DNA of 64,000 nt from assembly GCA_965222375.1 (NCBI GenBank), contig CBDCTZ010000015.1, positions 1,536,001 to 1,600,000 on the forward strand, read 5' to 3'. The notes below the pieces were generated by a model. It was not told the DNA's origin, made no database searches, and saw only the letters and a list, made by a program, of their open reading frames with translations. The position numbers and the translations under genes were made by a program. Source of the DNA: Polyangiaceae bacterium. Its GTDB lineage: Bacteria > Myxococcota_A > Polyangia > Polyangiales > Polyangiaceae. Below, in pieces: positions 38,471 to 47,767 of this stretch (position 1 is its first letter; each line of letters starts with the position of its first letter).

Positions 38471-39466
38471 ATGAGACGCGCCGCTCGTGTCGGACTTTTC
38501 GTGGGCCTACTGCTCGCCGCTCCGCTTTCGCGAGCAGACAGTGACACCACCGCCCTGGTGTCAGTCGGGGAGAGCTCGCTGAGCTCGGCCGAGGTCGAAC
38601 AGCGTTTGCGTGCATTGGCCCCATTCCAACTGCAGGCCCTGGGTTCCAGTCCTGAAGAGGTTCGGCGCAAGTTCGTTCAGAATCAGGTGGTACCCGAGCT
38701 GCTGTACGTCGAAGAGAGCAAGCGCCGAAAGCTGGAGGAAAAGCGGACCGTGGCCGACCGGATTCGCGATGTGTTGCGTCAGGCGTTGGAGCGGGATGTC
38801 CGGGAGAGGATTACGAAGGAGCAGCCCGTCACACCCGATGAGATCAAGGAGTACTACAACCAGAACTCGCACAAGTTCAACACGCCTCAACGGATCAAGC
38901 TCTGGCGCATCCTCGTCGACGACGAGGCTACCGCGACGAAGATCCTCTCCGAGGTCAGCGACAGTGGCGTGAAGAGCACCGTGCTCTGGACCAAGCTCGC
39001 TCGCGACAAGTCCTTGGACAAAGCAACCTCGATGCGCGATGGCGATTTGGGTTTCGTGCACCCGGATGGCAAGACCGAGACTCCTTCAGTTCGAGTCGAT
39101 CCAGCGTTGTTTACGGCGGCTCAGAAGCTGAAGGACGGCCAGCTCGTACCCAAACCCGTCAAAGAGGGCGAGCGTTGGGCCGTGGTTTGGCGCCGTGGCA
39201 GCATGCCCGCAGTCACGCGAACCCTCGCTCAAGAAGAGCGAACCATTCGTCAGATCTTGATGCGAAACAAACTCAAAGAGGGCTTGGACGAAGTGGTCGC
39301 GAAGCTAGAGCGGGACGCGAAGATCACCAAGAACACGGGCCTGCTGTCCTTCGTGGGTATCGACCCCATGGGCGATCTCACGGAGCGCGCTCGGCCTGGA
39401 ATCATCCCGCGACACAAACCCGCAACGCCCATTTCGCCGCGCGCCAGTGAGCGCGGCCTGCGCTAG
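38471..39466 (+). CDS. Parvulin-type peptidyl-prolyl isomerase (SurA/PrsA-like)
   Basis: Signal peptide; EIKEYYNQN..KF; LARDKSLD..T..RDGDLGFV; ALFTAAQKLKDG. Confidence 0.85.
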   Translation: MRRAARVGLFVGLLLAAPLSRADSDTTALVSVGESSLSSAEVEQRLRALAPFQLQALGSSPEEVRRKFVQNQVVPELLYVEESKRRKLEEKRTVADRIRDVLRQALERDVRERITKEQPVTPDEIKEYYNQNSHKFNTPQRIKLWRILVDDEATATKILSEVSDSGVKSTVLWTKLARDKSLDKATSMRDGDLGFVHPDGKTETPSVRVDPALFTAAQKLKDGQLVPKPVKEGERWAVVWRRGSMPAVTRTLAQEERTIRQILMRNKLKEGLDEVVAKLERDAKITKNTGLLSFVGIDPMGDLTERARPGIIPRHKPATPISPRASERGLR

Positions 39467-39894
39467 GTCGACCGCTTGCGACCTCGAAGCGGCCAGCCCA
39501 GCTGCTTCAACACGCCCCGCAGCACGCGCTCCTCGTCCCGAGCGCGCAGCTGGTAGATGAGAAAACGCTGAGTCTTGCCCTTGGCCGCACCTTCGGCCGC
39601 CCGCTCGTAGTTCTCGAGCACGAGCAGCAGATGCGGGTGCGCCAGAGCAACCTCCTTCGGCACCGTCATCTTGCCCGCCGCCTTCACACGCGCACTGGCG
39701 AGGGTGTGGATGACCTTGGCCAGTTCCTTGTCCGACAGGCGAGCACGCAGATAGTCCGCGTCGCGGGCGGCCTCATTCACCAGCAGGGCCGCGCGGTCCA
39801 AGTAGCTCCCCGCGCGGGCGGGAAGGGCGAAACTGGCCAGAAACGCGCCAGTCATGGTCACGAAGGCCCGACGCCGAAACTCACGCTCAATCAC
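39463..39894 (-). CDS. Hypothetical protein with twin-Arg-like signal
   Basis: RRRAFV...PARAG; overlaps the rnc stop. Confidence 0.7.
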   Translation of the reverse strand: MIEREFRRRAFVTMTGAFLASFALPARAGSYLDRAALLVNEAARDADYLRARLSDKELAKVIHTLASARVKAAGKMTVPKEVALAHPHLLLVLENYERAAEGAAKGKTQRFLIYQLRARDEERVLRGVLKQLGWPLRGRKRST

Positions 39895-40624
39895 TGCTTT
39901 CCTCCTTGAACTCTTCTCGCTGGAGCGCCTCCTCGGCGGCTTGGAACTCCGCGGCTCGTTTGCTGCGCCCTCGGCCCCGACCGAGTTCGCGTTCTTCTAC
40001 CCGGACGACGACCTCGAAAGATCGCGCATGGTCCGGCCCTTCCGCCAGGACGACCTCGTACACCGGTGGCCCAAGCCCACGAGCCTGAGCGCGCTCTTGA
40101 AGCGAACTCTTTGGGTCGCGCTCGGCTGCCGCGTCCATCTGTTCGAGGCGGGAAGCGATGATGTGCTCACACAAGCCCTGCGCAGCAGGAAGCCCCTTGC
40201 CCAGGTATATGGCTGCGATGAGCGCCTCTACGGCGTCTGCAAGCACGTTGGTGCTATCCCGGAGCCCACCTGCCTCAGCGCCGCGCCCGAGCCTCAGAAC
40301 GGGCGCTACGCCGCATTGACGCGCCCACACCGCCAACGCCTCGGCGTTGACGAGCCGCGCGCGCATCCGCGTCAGCGAGCCCTCGTCGGCATCCGGAAAG
40401 CGGCGATACAGCAAGTCTGCGGTACAGAAGCCAAGAACCGCGTCGCCCAAGAACTCCAAACGCTGATTGTGTTCGACCTGGCCCTGTTCGTTCGCGAACG
40501 ATGGATGCGTCAGTGCCATCAGCACCAACGGGTCTTCCTCGGCGAAGCCAAGTTCGGCCGCGAACTCGCTCATGGTCCCGGGGATAGCTCGAAACGCCTC
40601 GGCGGTCATCGCACGAAATGACAC
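39887..40624 (-). CDS. rnc: Ribonuclease III
   Basis: ALTHPS, NQRLEFLGDAVLG, LADAVEALIAAIY, dsRBD DPKSSLQE...G.GRSKRAAE..AA; start may be downstream. Confidence 0.96.
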   Translation of the reverse strand: MSFRAMTAEAFRAIPGTMSEFAAELGFAEEDPLVLMALTHPSFANEQGQVEHNQRLEFLGDAVLGFCTADLLYRRFPDADEGSLTRMRARLVNAEALAVWARQCGVAPVLRLGRGAEAGGLRDSTNVLADAVEALIAAIYLGKGLPAAQGLCEHIIASRLEQMDAAAERDPKSSLQERAQARGLGPPVYEVVLAEGPDHARSFEVVVRVEERELGRGRGRSKRAAEFQAAEEALQREEFKEESSD

Positions 40625-40703
40625 ATTGCGTCATTCGGCCCGGGGAACACCGCCGAAGCGTTGGTGTCGGTGGAATGTGGCCTGGGTCAGCTATGCTCCA
40701 GCG

Positions 40704-41369
40704 GTGGCGCTTCTAGCGTGCCCCTTCTGTCGGGAGTTATTTTCCAAAGGCGAGGCCGATCAGTGCCCAGAATGCGGGGTGCACCTGCGCGGGATGGACT
40801 CCCTGCCGCCATCCCTCGAGGTTCTGGCTGAAGAGGCGGCATCCGGCGAGATGACTCCGCCGGAGCATCGCACCCTGCCGTGGTGGTACTTCGGGCGAAG
40901 CAAAGGGCTTCTGTTGGTCTTGTCGGTCATTGGGTTGCTCCTGTTCTTCGCGCCCTGGGTCGACATGCGACGTCCAGAGTTAGTCAGCCTGTCGGGCTTC
41001 GACCTAGCGCGAGGCCGCGCGGGTTGGCTGTGGGGCGGCGCCGTGGCCTGGTTCATCATGCTGCCATTAGTGTGGACACGGCGTAGCCTCTTCAAGATGC
41101 GCGGCGTGCGCATCGTGTGTGCCGTGTTCGCCGCGATGACGTTGGGCGAAGTGGCCATGATGGCTTCGCTGCCTCCTGGTGGCAGCCGCTACCTGAGCGT
41201 GGACTACTCCTGGGGTTGGGGAATGTGGGCCAGCGGCATCGTGAGCGTCCTGGGCATCATCGCAGCGGCGCGCTTCGGCGGCAGCCTGCGAGATCTTCCG
41301 GCATTGCCATGGCTGGGGCAACACGCCGACGCCGCCACTCTGAAGAGCGGCAGCGAGACCCTGCACTAG
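40704..41369 (+). CDS. Zn-ribbon-containing membrane protein
   Basis: CPFC..CPEC followed by four hydrophobic segments; GTG start inferred. Confidence 0.7.
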   Translation: MALLACPFCRELFSKGEADQCPECGVHLRGMDSLPPSLEVLAEEAASGEMTPPEHRTLPWWYFGRSKGLLLVLSVIGLLLFFAPWVDMRRPELVSLSGFDLARGRAGWLWGGAVAWFIMLPLVWTRRSLFKMRGVRIVCAVFAAMTLGEVAMMASLPPGGSRYLSVDYSWGWGMWASGIVSVLGIIAAARFGGSLRDLPALPWLGQHADAATLKSGSETLH

Positions 41370-41395
41370 CCGGAAAACAGCGAAGCCAAGCTCGA

Positions 41396-41632
41396 TCCAG
41401 AGATGCTCTGGCGTTCCGCGACCCGCACCGGAGCGCGCGAGACAAGGACCCGAGGCCGTCTAGAGATGCTCTGGCGTCCGCGACCCGCGTCGGACCGCAC
41501 AAAACAGAGACCCAACGCCGTCCAGAGATGCTTTGGCGCTCCGCGACCCACGCTCTGACCGCACAAAACAGGGACCCAACGCCACCCAGGGATGCTTTGG
41601 CGCTCCCCGCACTGCATCGGACTGCACAAACC
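41396..41632. repeat. Degenerate tandem repeat, 4 x ~63 bp with palindromic core
   Basis: CCAGAGATGCT(C/T)TGGCG core at ~41397, 41460, 41522, 41586. Confidence 0.85.
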
Positions 41633-41696
41633 GGAACTTGGGCCCCTTTACGGGGCGTTTCCGAGACTCATGCTAGCCTGACGCCGGAGGTTTCGA

Positions 41697-42533
41697 ATGG
41701 CAGCCAAGCGCCTCCAACAGGATTCTGCGGCTCAAGTGCGCGAAGAAGAGCCGTCTCTGGAACTGATCGACGTTCCCGCGGCGGTGGTTTGCGCGCACTG
41801 CGGAGCCCCAGATTGTCCCGGCTGCTTAGGCGCAGATGAGCCCACGCATGGTAGCGGCGTTGTCGCTATCGTGCCCTGGGAGCGCCCTGACGGCTCGGCT
41901 GCGGCGCGTTTCTGGCACACGGCCAAGCTTGCCACATTGGAGAGCCAGCCCTTCTTCACCGCGCTGCCCGAGGGCGCCGTGGGTCCCGCGATCAGCTTCG
42001 CCGTCCTCGCCGAGTTGCTCGCGGTTTCGAGCATCGTGGTCGTGGTCGGCGCTGCAGCCATGGCTCTCGTTCCCAACCTGCCCGCCCTGTTCGTGAATGA
42101 TCCCGGGCTGCGTTCCTGGGTCGCCGGCAGCGTCGCGTGGATGGTGCCCGGCCTCTCTCTGTCCATGGTCTGCCTGCACGCGCTGCACGGCTATGCCCTC
42201 GACCTTGCAGCAAAGCGCGCGGGCTCGACCCGAAACAAGGCCCGGGGCGTGCGCTTCGGATTGTACTCCTGCGCCTGGGACTTCGTGACCCTGCCCGTGG
42301 GTTGGGTGTCCCTGCTCCTGGACGAGGGCCTCGGCGCCGCCATGAAGGCGATTCCCCTGGCCCTGAACGTCCCCGGCCGCGCATCGCGAGCCTATTTGCG
42401 CGGCTTCCACCGCCTGGACGAAGCCAGCGCGCGTCGCGCCAGCCGAGGAGCCGTCTTGCTCGCCGGAACCGTCGCAGTCATCACGTCCTTGCTGGTCGGC
42501 GCTGCCTACGTGGCGCTTGTGTTCCTGGGGTAG
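41697..42533 (+). CDS. Zn-finger-like plus multi-TM membrane protein (Yip1-like)
   Basis: CAHCGAPDCPGC; VPWER; ~5 TM segments; GGAGG RBS. Confidence 0.75.
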   Translation: MAAKRLQQDSAAQVREEEPSLELIDVPAAVVCAHCGAPDCPGCLGADEPTHGSGVVAIVPWERPDGSAAARFWHTAKLATLESQPFFTALPEGAVGPAISFAVLAELLAVSSIVVVVGAAAMALVPNLPALFVNDPGLRSWVAGSVAWMVPGLSLSMVCLHALHGYALDLAAKRAGSTRNKARGVRFGLYSCAWDFVTLPVGWVSLLLDEGLGAAMKAIPLALNVPGRASRAYLRGFHRLDEASARRASRGAVLLAGTVAVITSLLVGAAYVALVFLG

Positions 42534-43092
42534 ATGGCAAACTTCGGGGGTTGCTCCGGCAACTGCACCCGCGCTCCGCCACTTCGAGGATTTGTGGCAC
42601 CACGGCAGGGCCCCCGAACGCCTGCGAAGTCCCGGGCAGCGCGCGAAAGGCGTGCGGCGCGCGGGACCGCGGAAGCGCGCGAAAGGCGCGCGGGACTGCG
42701 GAAGCGCGCGCGACGTAGCGGGGAACACGCGGCAAGCGCGATAGCAGGGACATTGAGGTGCCAACGAAAGCGACGCACTCAACGGTACTGACTTCATGAG
42801 TTGGATGTTGGGGATCAATACTGCCGTCATCGAAGGTTCATCCAAGGCCGGTGTTGGATCGATGCCAATGGGGCAGAGGGCCGTCGCCTGCCGTTTGTCG
42901 CGGCAGACGCGTTTCGTTGCGCCGGTGGGCGTTGGCTTCCAGGATGAGCCCACACAGGGTTCGAGGGCACCGTGGCTGCCGTGCAAACATCGAGCAACAG
43001 AAGCCTTCAATGTACCCCTGCGCCCAGCTCCTCAACACGTCTCAATCGGGTCACAGCGGGCATGAGTGGCATTCGCCCACGCGGCACCGACT

Positions 43093-43202
43093 CGACACAC
43101 GCTGGTCACGCGACACACGCTGGTCACGCGACACGCGCTGGTCACGCGACACGCGCTGGTCACGCGACACACGCTGGTCACGCGACACGCGCTGGTCACG
43201 CG
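43093..43202. repeat. Tandem repeat, 6 x 18 bp
   Basis: CGACAC(A/G)CGCTGGTCACG x6. Confidence 0.95.
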
Positions 43203-43237
43203 GAAGAAAGCTGCTAGGGGACCAGAATCGCGAGCGC

Positions 43238-45210
43238 TTATCGCAAGAGAGCGGCCAGGTGCTCGGCGCGCGGGCTGTGGGCGTCACCTCGATACGCCAG
43301 CGAAGCCACAGCCCTCTTCGACTCTCCGCGCCGAAAGCCCATGTGCGTCAGCGCACTGATGAGCTGGGACTCCACGGCCACCGAGTCCACGCAGGCTTGG
43401 TAACGCTCGCCCCCCAGGGGTTCAAGTGGTTCCGCCTCCAGCTCGGCCCCTCCGCCCGGCACATGCTGGAGCGAACGGAGTGACTCACTGGCGCAGAGTT
43501 CACGAGCGTCGTCCACGCGGCAGCCAGGTGCGTCGGGTGTCGGAGGTTCGCCGGCGCTGCTTGTGCGACGGCTCAGCGCGTCGGTTGCCACAATTTCGTC
43601 TGAGTTCAGCGCGTTGTTCGACGCAGGTTCGTCGGCGCTACTTGTGCGGCGGCTCTGCGTGTCGGTTGCCACAATTTCGTCTGAGTTCAGCGCGTTGTTC
43701 GACGCAGGTTCGCCGGCGCTGCTTGTGCGGCGGCTCTGCGCGTCGGTTGCCACAATTTCGTCTGAGTTCGGCGCGTTGTTCGACGCAGGTTCGTCGGCAT
43801 CGCTCTTCCGGCAGCCCATCGGGTCGAGGGTCGCGGGAAGTTCAGTGTTGGTCTCTTCAAGCGCGCGCCGCGTTGCACCGTCCAACCTCTGCTGGCGAAG
43901 GCGAATTACGCTGCCCCCGGAATCTCGCTCGACTAGCCCCTCGACGTCTGCCGCTCCAGCGGCTTCTTCAAGGGCGCCTTGCGATTCGCCGTCCAACCTC
44001 TGCTGGCGAAGGCGAACTACGCCGGCGACAGAACGTCGACCGGCCGTCATCCGAACGCCTGCGTCTGCGCCACGAGATTCGTCGAGTACGCCCTGCGACT
44101 GTCCGTCCAACCTCTGCTGGCGAAGGCGAATTCTGCTCTCAACGTATTTGCGTCCGAAGACCTTCTCGGCCTCGAACAAGTTGTGCGCGCGGCACAGCAA
44201 GCGCCCGTTGCGAGTCGTGCCAGCGCCACCACAGGCGCGCGGATTCTCGTGGTCGAGCTGTGCGAACGCGCGCGCTTGGCAGCGCTCTCCACTTGGCGAC
44301 ACGTACGTGACGCGCTTCGTGATACCCGACGGGGTGCACTGCTCGCCATCGCGCTCGTAGATCTCCCGCCGGGCCTGGCGGGAAAAGTCGCCGTGCTTGG
44401 TACCAGGAGAGCGCCGCGGTTTGTCCGTCTTGCCGAGCTTCTTCTTTTCCAGATCTGCCAGCACCAGATCGAGCCCCCGCTCGAGGACCGTCGCCAAGTC
44501 TCGTTTCGGGTTCGAGTGACTCATCAAGTCGAGCGCGCGCTCGAGCTTGTTCTTGAGGGTAATGCCCGCAGTAAACTGGATGTGAAACCGCTCCGCGGAA
44601 GCGGTGACACCCGAGGCCAGGGCTCGTGGAGTTCAACGGTCGCCTGTGGTGAAACTCCCGCACCCGATTGGCCCATCGCTGCGAGGGCAACCGCCTCTGG
44701 CGTTGAGTCCACCGCAACTGATGGGCCCGCCGCTGCGCCAACGGATTGGCCAGCAGCTGCGGCATCGCTTCCGAGCTGAACTCGCACGGGCACTGGACGG
44801 ATCGAGTCCGCCACATCTGTGCGCGGGAGGCGCGAGCGGATCAGCAGCTCGACCTCGGCTTTGCTCTTGCCGCAGGCTTCGAGGAGCAGATCGGCGTGGT
44901 TGCTGTCCTTCAGGTGCGTCTGCAGCATGCTGAGCGTCGTCACGTGGATCCGCCCCTCCCGCAGCAGGTCCAGGACGATCGGGTATTTGCGCGCGACCCG
45001 CGCTGCCGCCAGGTGCCGATGCGCACTGCCCTCGCTGAGCTTCAGCTTGCGGCAGCAGAACTCGTACATGGAGGAGCACGCCTCCCTCCGCTCCAACCGC
45101 CGCGCTTCCACCTCGACGAGGTAAGCCACGAGCTCCGCAGTGATCTTGCGCCGCGACGCAATGACGCTGCCCAGATTCGCGAGGACTTCATCGTCCGAGA
45201 GATGAGCCAT
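43238..45210 (-). pseudogene. DUF222-like/HNH endonuclease with RuvA-C-like tail, split by a 1-nt frameshift near 44599
   Basis: LSDDEVL...TAELVAYLVEVEARRL..ACSSMYEFC...GKSKAEVE; shifted frame SAERFHIQFTA..LKNKLERALDLMSH; ERDGEQC...C..LDHENPRACGG...N..LLCRAHN; ALTHMGFRRGE. Confidence 0.85.
43544..43798. repeat. In-frame tandem repeat, ~3 x 81 bp (27 aa)
   Basis: AGGTTCG anchors at 43544, 43625, 43706, 43787. Confidence 0.9.
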
Positions 45211-45861
45211 GCGTTTCGAAATTCCAGCTGACGATGTGGCCCGCACGATCCCTGACGACGTGAGTTTCATGCTTACGTGCTTAACACGCACCTTTTTGTC
45301 CTCCGAGCTGACACGCTGCGTGACGATCGCGACCCCGATCGCCACGCGCCCTGTCTCGCGCGTGAAACCGCACAGGCGAGTCACACACGCGCGGCACGCG
45401 CGCACAAATCGCCAAGCTGGCGTTTCGCCCGCGCGTGCGTGTGGAAACCTGTCAACAAGATTCGTAAGAAAAAACTTGTGGGTCTAGCCGCGGAACCAGT
45501 GATGCGAACCGGTGGCTCAACCTGAGCGCAAAACGATACCCGAGCCCCATGCGCCGCGCGCGCTCCGCGCTCTCGCATCGCGATTCGACCCTCACTGGCA
45601 CTCCGCGCTCTCGCCTGCTTCCCAACCTCCGCCGGCGCTGAGGGCGAATTGCACTGTCGATGTACTCGCTCAAATACCTTGCTCTGCGTCGAACGCCCTG
45701 ACACCCGCGGCGCCGGCGCCCCGGCGGACGTGCGGTTGTGGCGGGCCCCCTAAGGCCCGCCCGCGCCGCAGCCCTCACCAGTCGAGACGACGCCACCCGC
45801 CGGCGCGTTCTTCCGCAACTCAGCCTCCCGCTCGCCCGACAAGTTGTCCCACCCGGGGTGG

Positions 45862-47334
45862 CTCATGATCATACACATCTCGTTGCCAAGATCTGGCAGG
45901 TGTGATCTACCGTGGGAATGGGAACAACCGAGTGGATGAGGCAGCCGATATCTGTGGAGTTTTGCGGGGCAAAGCTGGGGGATCGGCGTCGTTCGAAGCG
46001 GCTTTTGTGGTTGGCGGAAACCGTGATGGCGGCACCGGACGCCGGGTTTCCGAGAGCCACCAGCACAGCATCTGAGTTGGAGGGTGTGTATCGATTCCTG
46101 CGCAACGAGCAGGTGAAGCCCAAGCAGGTGTTGGCGCCGCACATTCGTGCGACGGTGGAGCGGGTAAAGGCGGCGGGTCCGTGCCTGGTAGTGCATGACA
46201 CCACTGAGGTGACCGTAGGAGGCAAGAGCAAACGGGCCGGGTTGGGGCCGACATCGAGCAAGGCGCAGGGGTTCTTCGCTCACACTGCCCTGGCGGTACT
46301 GCCCGGCGAATCGCGTGTTCCCCTTGGCGTGCTCGACCTGCGCCACTGGGCCAGAACCGAGCACAAGGGCGGGCGGGGACGTCACTCACGGGACAAGCGC
46401 GAGGACTCGGAGAGGGAGTCTTTGCGCTGGCCCGCGATGCTCGAGACAGTCCATGTCCGCTGTGCAGGCGCCGAGGTCGTGCACGTGATGGACCGTGAAG
46501 CGGACATCTACGAAGTGATTGCGAAGGCGCAAGAACTCGGTGCTCGATTCGTGATCCGGTCCTCACAGGACCGAGCCACGGATGACGACGACGACATCGT
46601 CCGTCTGCGAGCCGCGGTGGAACAGCTCGAGCCCCGTGTTTTTCGGAAGATCTTCATCTCAAAGCGGCCGGAAACCTGCATGACTCGCTCCGCCAAGACG
46701 CATCCTCCACGCAATGCTCGAGAGGTAGAAGTCGCGATGGCGGCAAGAACGGTCACTGTCCTACGGCCTCAGGGATGCCGCACGGGTCCTGCCGCCATCG
46801 AGCTGAACGTGGTGCGCGTCTGGGAGCCGAGCCCAGCAGAGAACGAGCCCCCCGTCGAGTGGGTGCTTCTGACCACGGAAGCGATCGACACCGACGAGGA
46901 CATCGAACGAGTGGTCGACACCTATCGCAGCCGATGGGTCATCGAGGAATTCTTCAAGACCCTCAAGCAGGGTTGCTCCCTCGAGAAACGGCAACTCGAG
47001 TCCTACCACGCGCTGAGCAACGCCCTGGCGGTGTTCCTTCCCGTCGCTTGGCGCTTGCTTCTGATGCGCTCGCTCGTGCGCGAAGCGCCAGAACTCCCGG
47101 CGCGAGCAGTCCTGACCCCGATACAGCTGCAGCTACTGCAACTGAAACTGAAGCTGCCCTCACTCCCACAGACAGTGCAAGAAGCGCTCTACGCAGTCGC
47201 CCGGGTGGGTGGCCACCTCAGAAACAACGGACTGCCGGGTTGGCAGACTCTCGGTCGCGGATACTTCAAACTCCTCGACTACGAGATCGGCTTCCAGTTC
47301 GCACAAGCCCTGTTGAGATCTGATCAATCATGAG
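45862..47334 (+). mobile_element. IS4 family, IS50/Tn5 subgroup insertion sequence (1473 bp)
   Basis: 19-bp ends CTCATGATCATACACATCT (45862-45880) and AGATCTGATCAATCATGAG (47316-47334); 9-bp TSD CCGGGGTGG at 45853-45861 and 47335-47343. Confidence 0.95.
45912..47333 (+). CDS. IS4/Tn5-type DDE transposase
   Basis: LGDRRRSKRL, LVVHDTT, VMDREADIYE, WVLLTT, YRSRWVIEEFFKTLK (YREK), PGWQTLGRG. Confidence 0.96.
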   Translation: MGMGTTEWMRQPISVEFCGAKLGDRRRSKRLLWLAETVMAAPDAGFPRATSTASELEGVYRFLRNEQVKPKQVLAPHIRATVERVKAAGPCLVVHDTTEVTVGGKSKRAGLGPTSSKAQGFFAHTALAVLPGESRVPLGVLDLRHWARTEHKGGRGRHSRDKREDSERESLRWPAMLETVHVRCAGAEVVHVMDREADIYEVIAKAQELGARFVIRSSQDRATDDDDDIVRLRAAVEQLEPRVFRKIFISKRPETCMTRSAKTHPPRNAREVEVAMAARTVTVLRPQGCRTGPAAIELNVVRVWEPSPAENEPPVEWVLLTTEAIDTDEDIERVVDTYRSRWVIEEFFKTLKQGCSLEKRQLESYHALSNALAVFLPVAWRLLLMRSLVREAPELPARAVLTPIQLQLLQLKLKLPSLPQTVQEALYAVARVGGHLRNNGLPGWQTLGRGYFKLLDYEIGFQFAQALLRSDQS

Positions 47335-47767
47335 CCGGGGTGGGACAACGTACAGATTTTGCGCAACCGACTGACTCAGTGGGCCGACCAACTTGCCCCC
47401 CCACCCTGGGACGTTTGTGCCTCCCGTTTGTGGCAGTCCCGCAGCTCTCACTACCAGCCTCCCGCCGCGGAGCGGAGCGGCGTGTTTGCGGCCGGCGATC
47501 CCGGTCTTCTACCTCCGACAGCGCACCCGCGAAGCCCGACGACCTGCGGAAGGGAGTTCCAACCGATTGCTGAGCGGGTGACGCCCCACCGCGCACCGCA
47601 ATGAACTGTCGATGACGGCAACTTCCGGCACATACCCCCAAAAAACACAAAGGACCAAGTCGGGTCCGCCGGCGGCGCAACTCTCTAGAAGAAGCCCACG
47701 GTCACATGAGTCCGCGGGCGCATATGGCCTGTTGGGCAACCGCGCTGCTGAGTTGCGGAGATTCTCG

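Noticed and set aside
41396..41632. Degenerate CRISPR array
   Set aside because: The putative spacers are homologous to each other (GACCGCACAAAACAG.GACCCAACGCC), so this is a tandem repeat.
43238..45210. IscB/Cas9-like RNA-guided nuclease
   Set aside because: No PLMP or RuvC motifs seen; the architecture is DUF222-like helical domain plus HNH.
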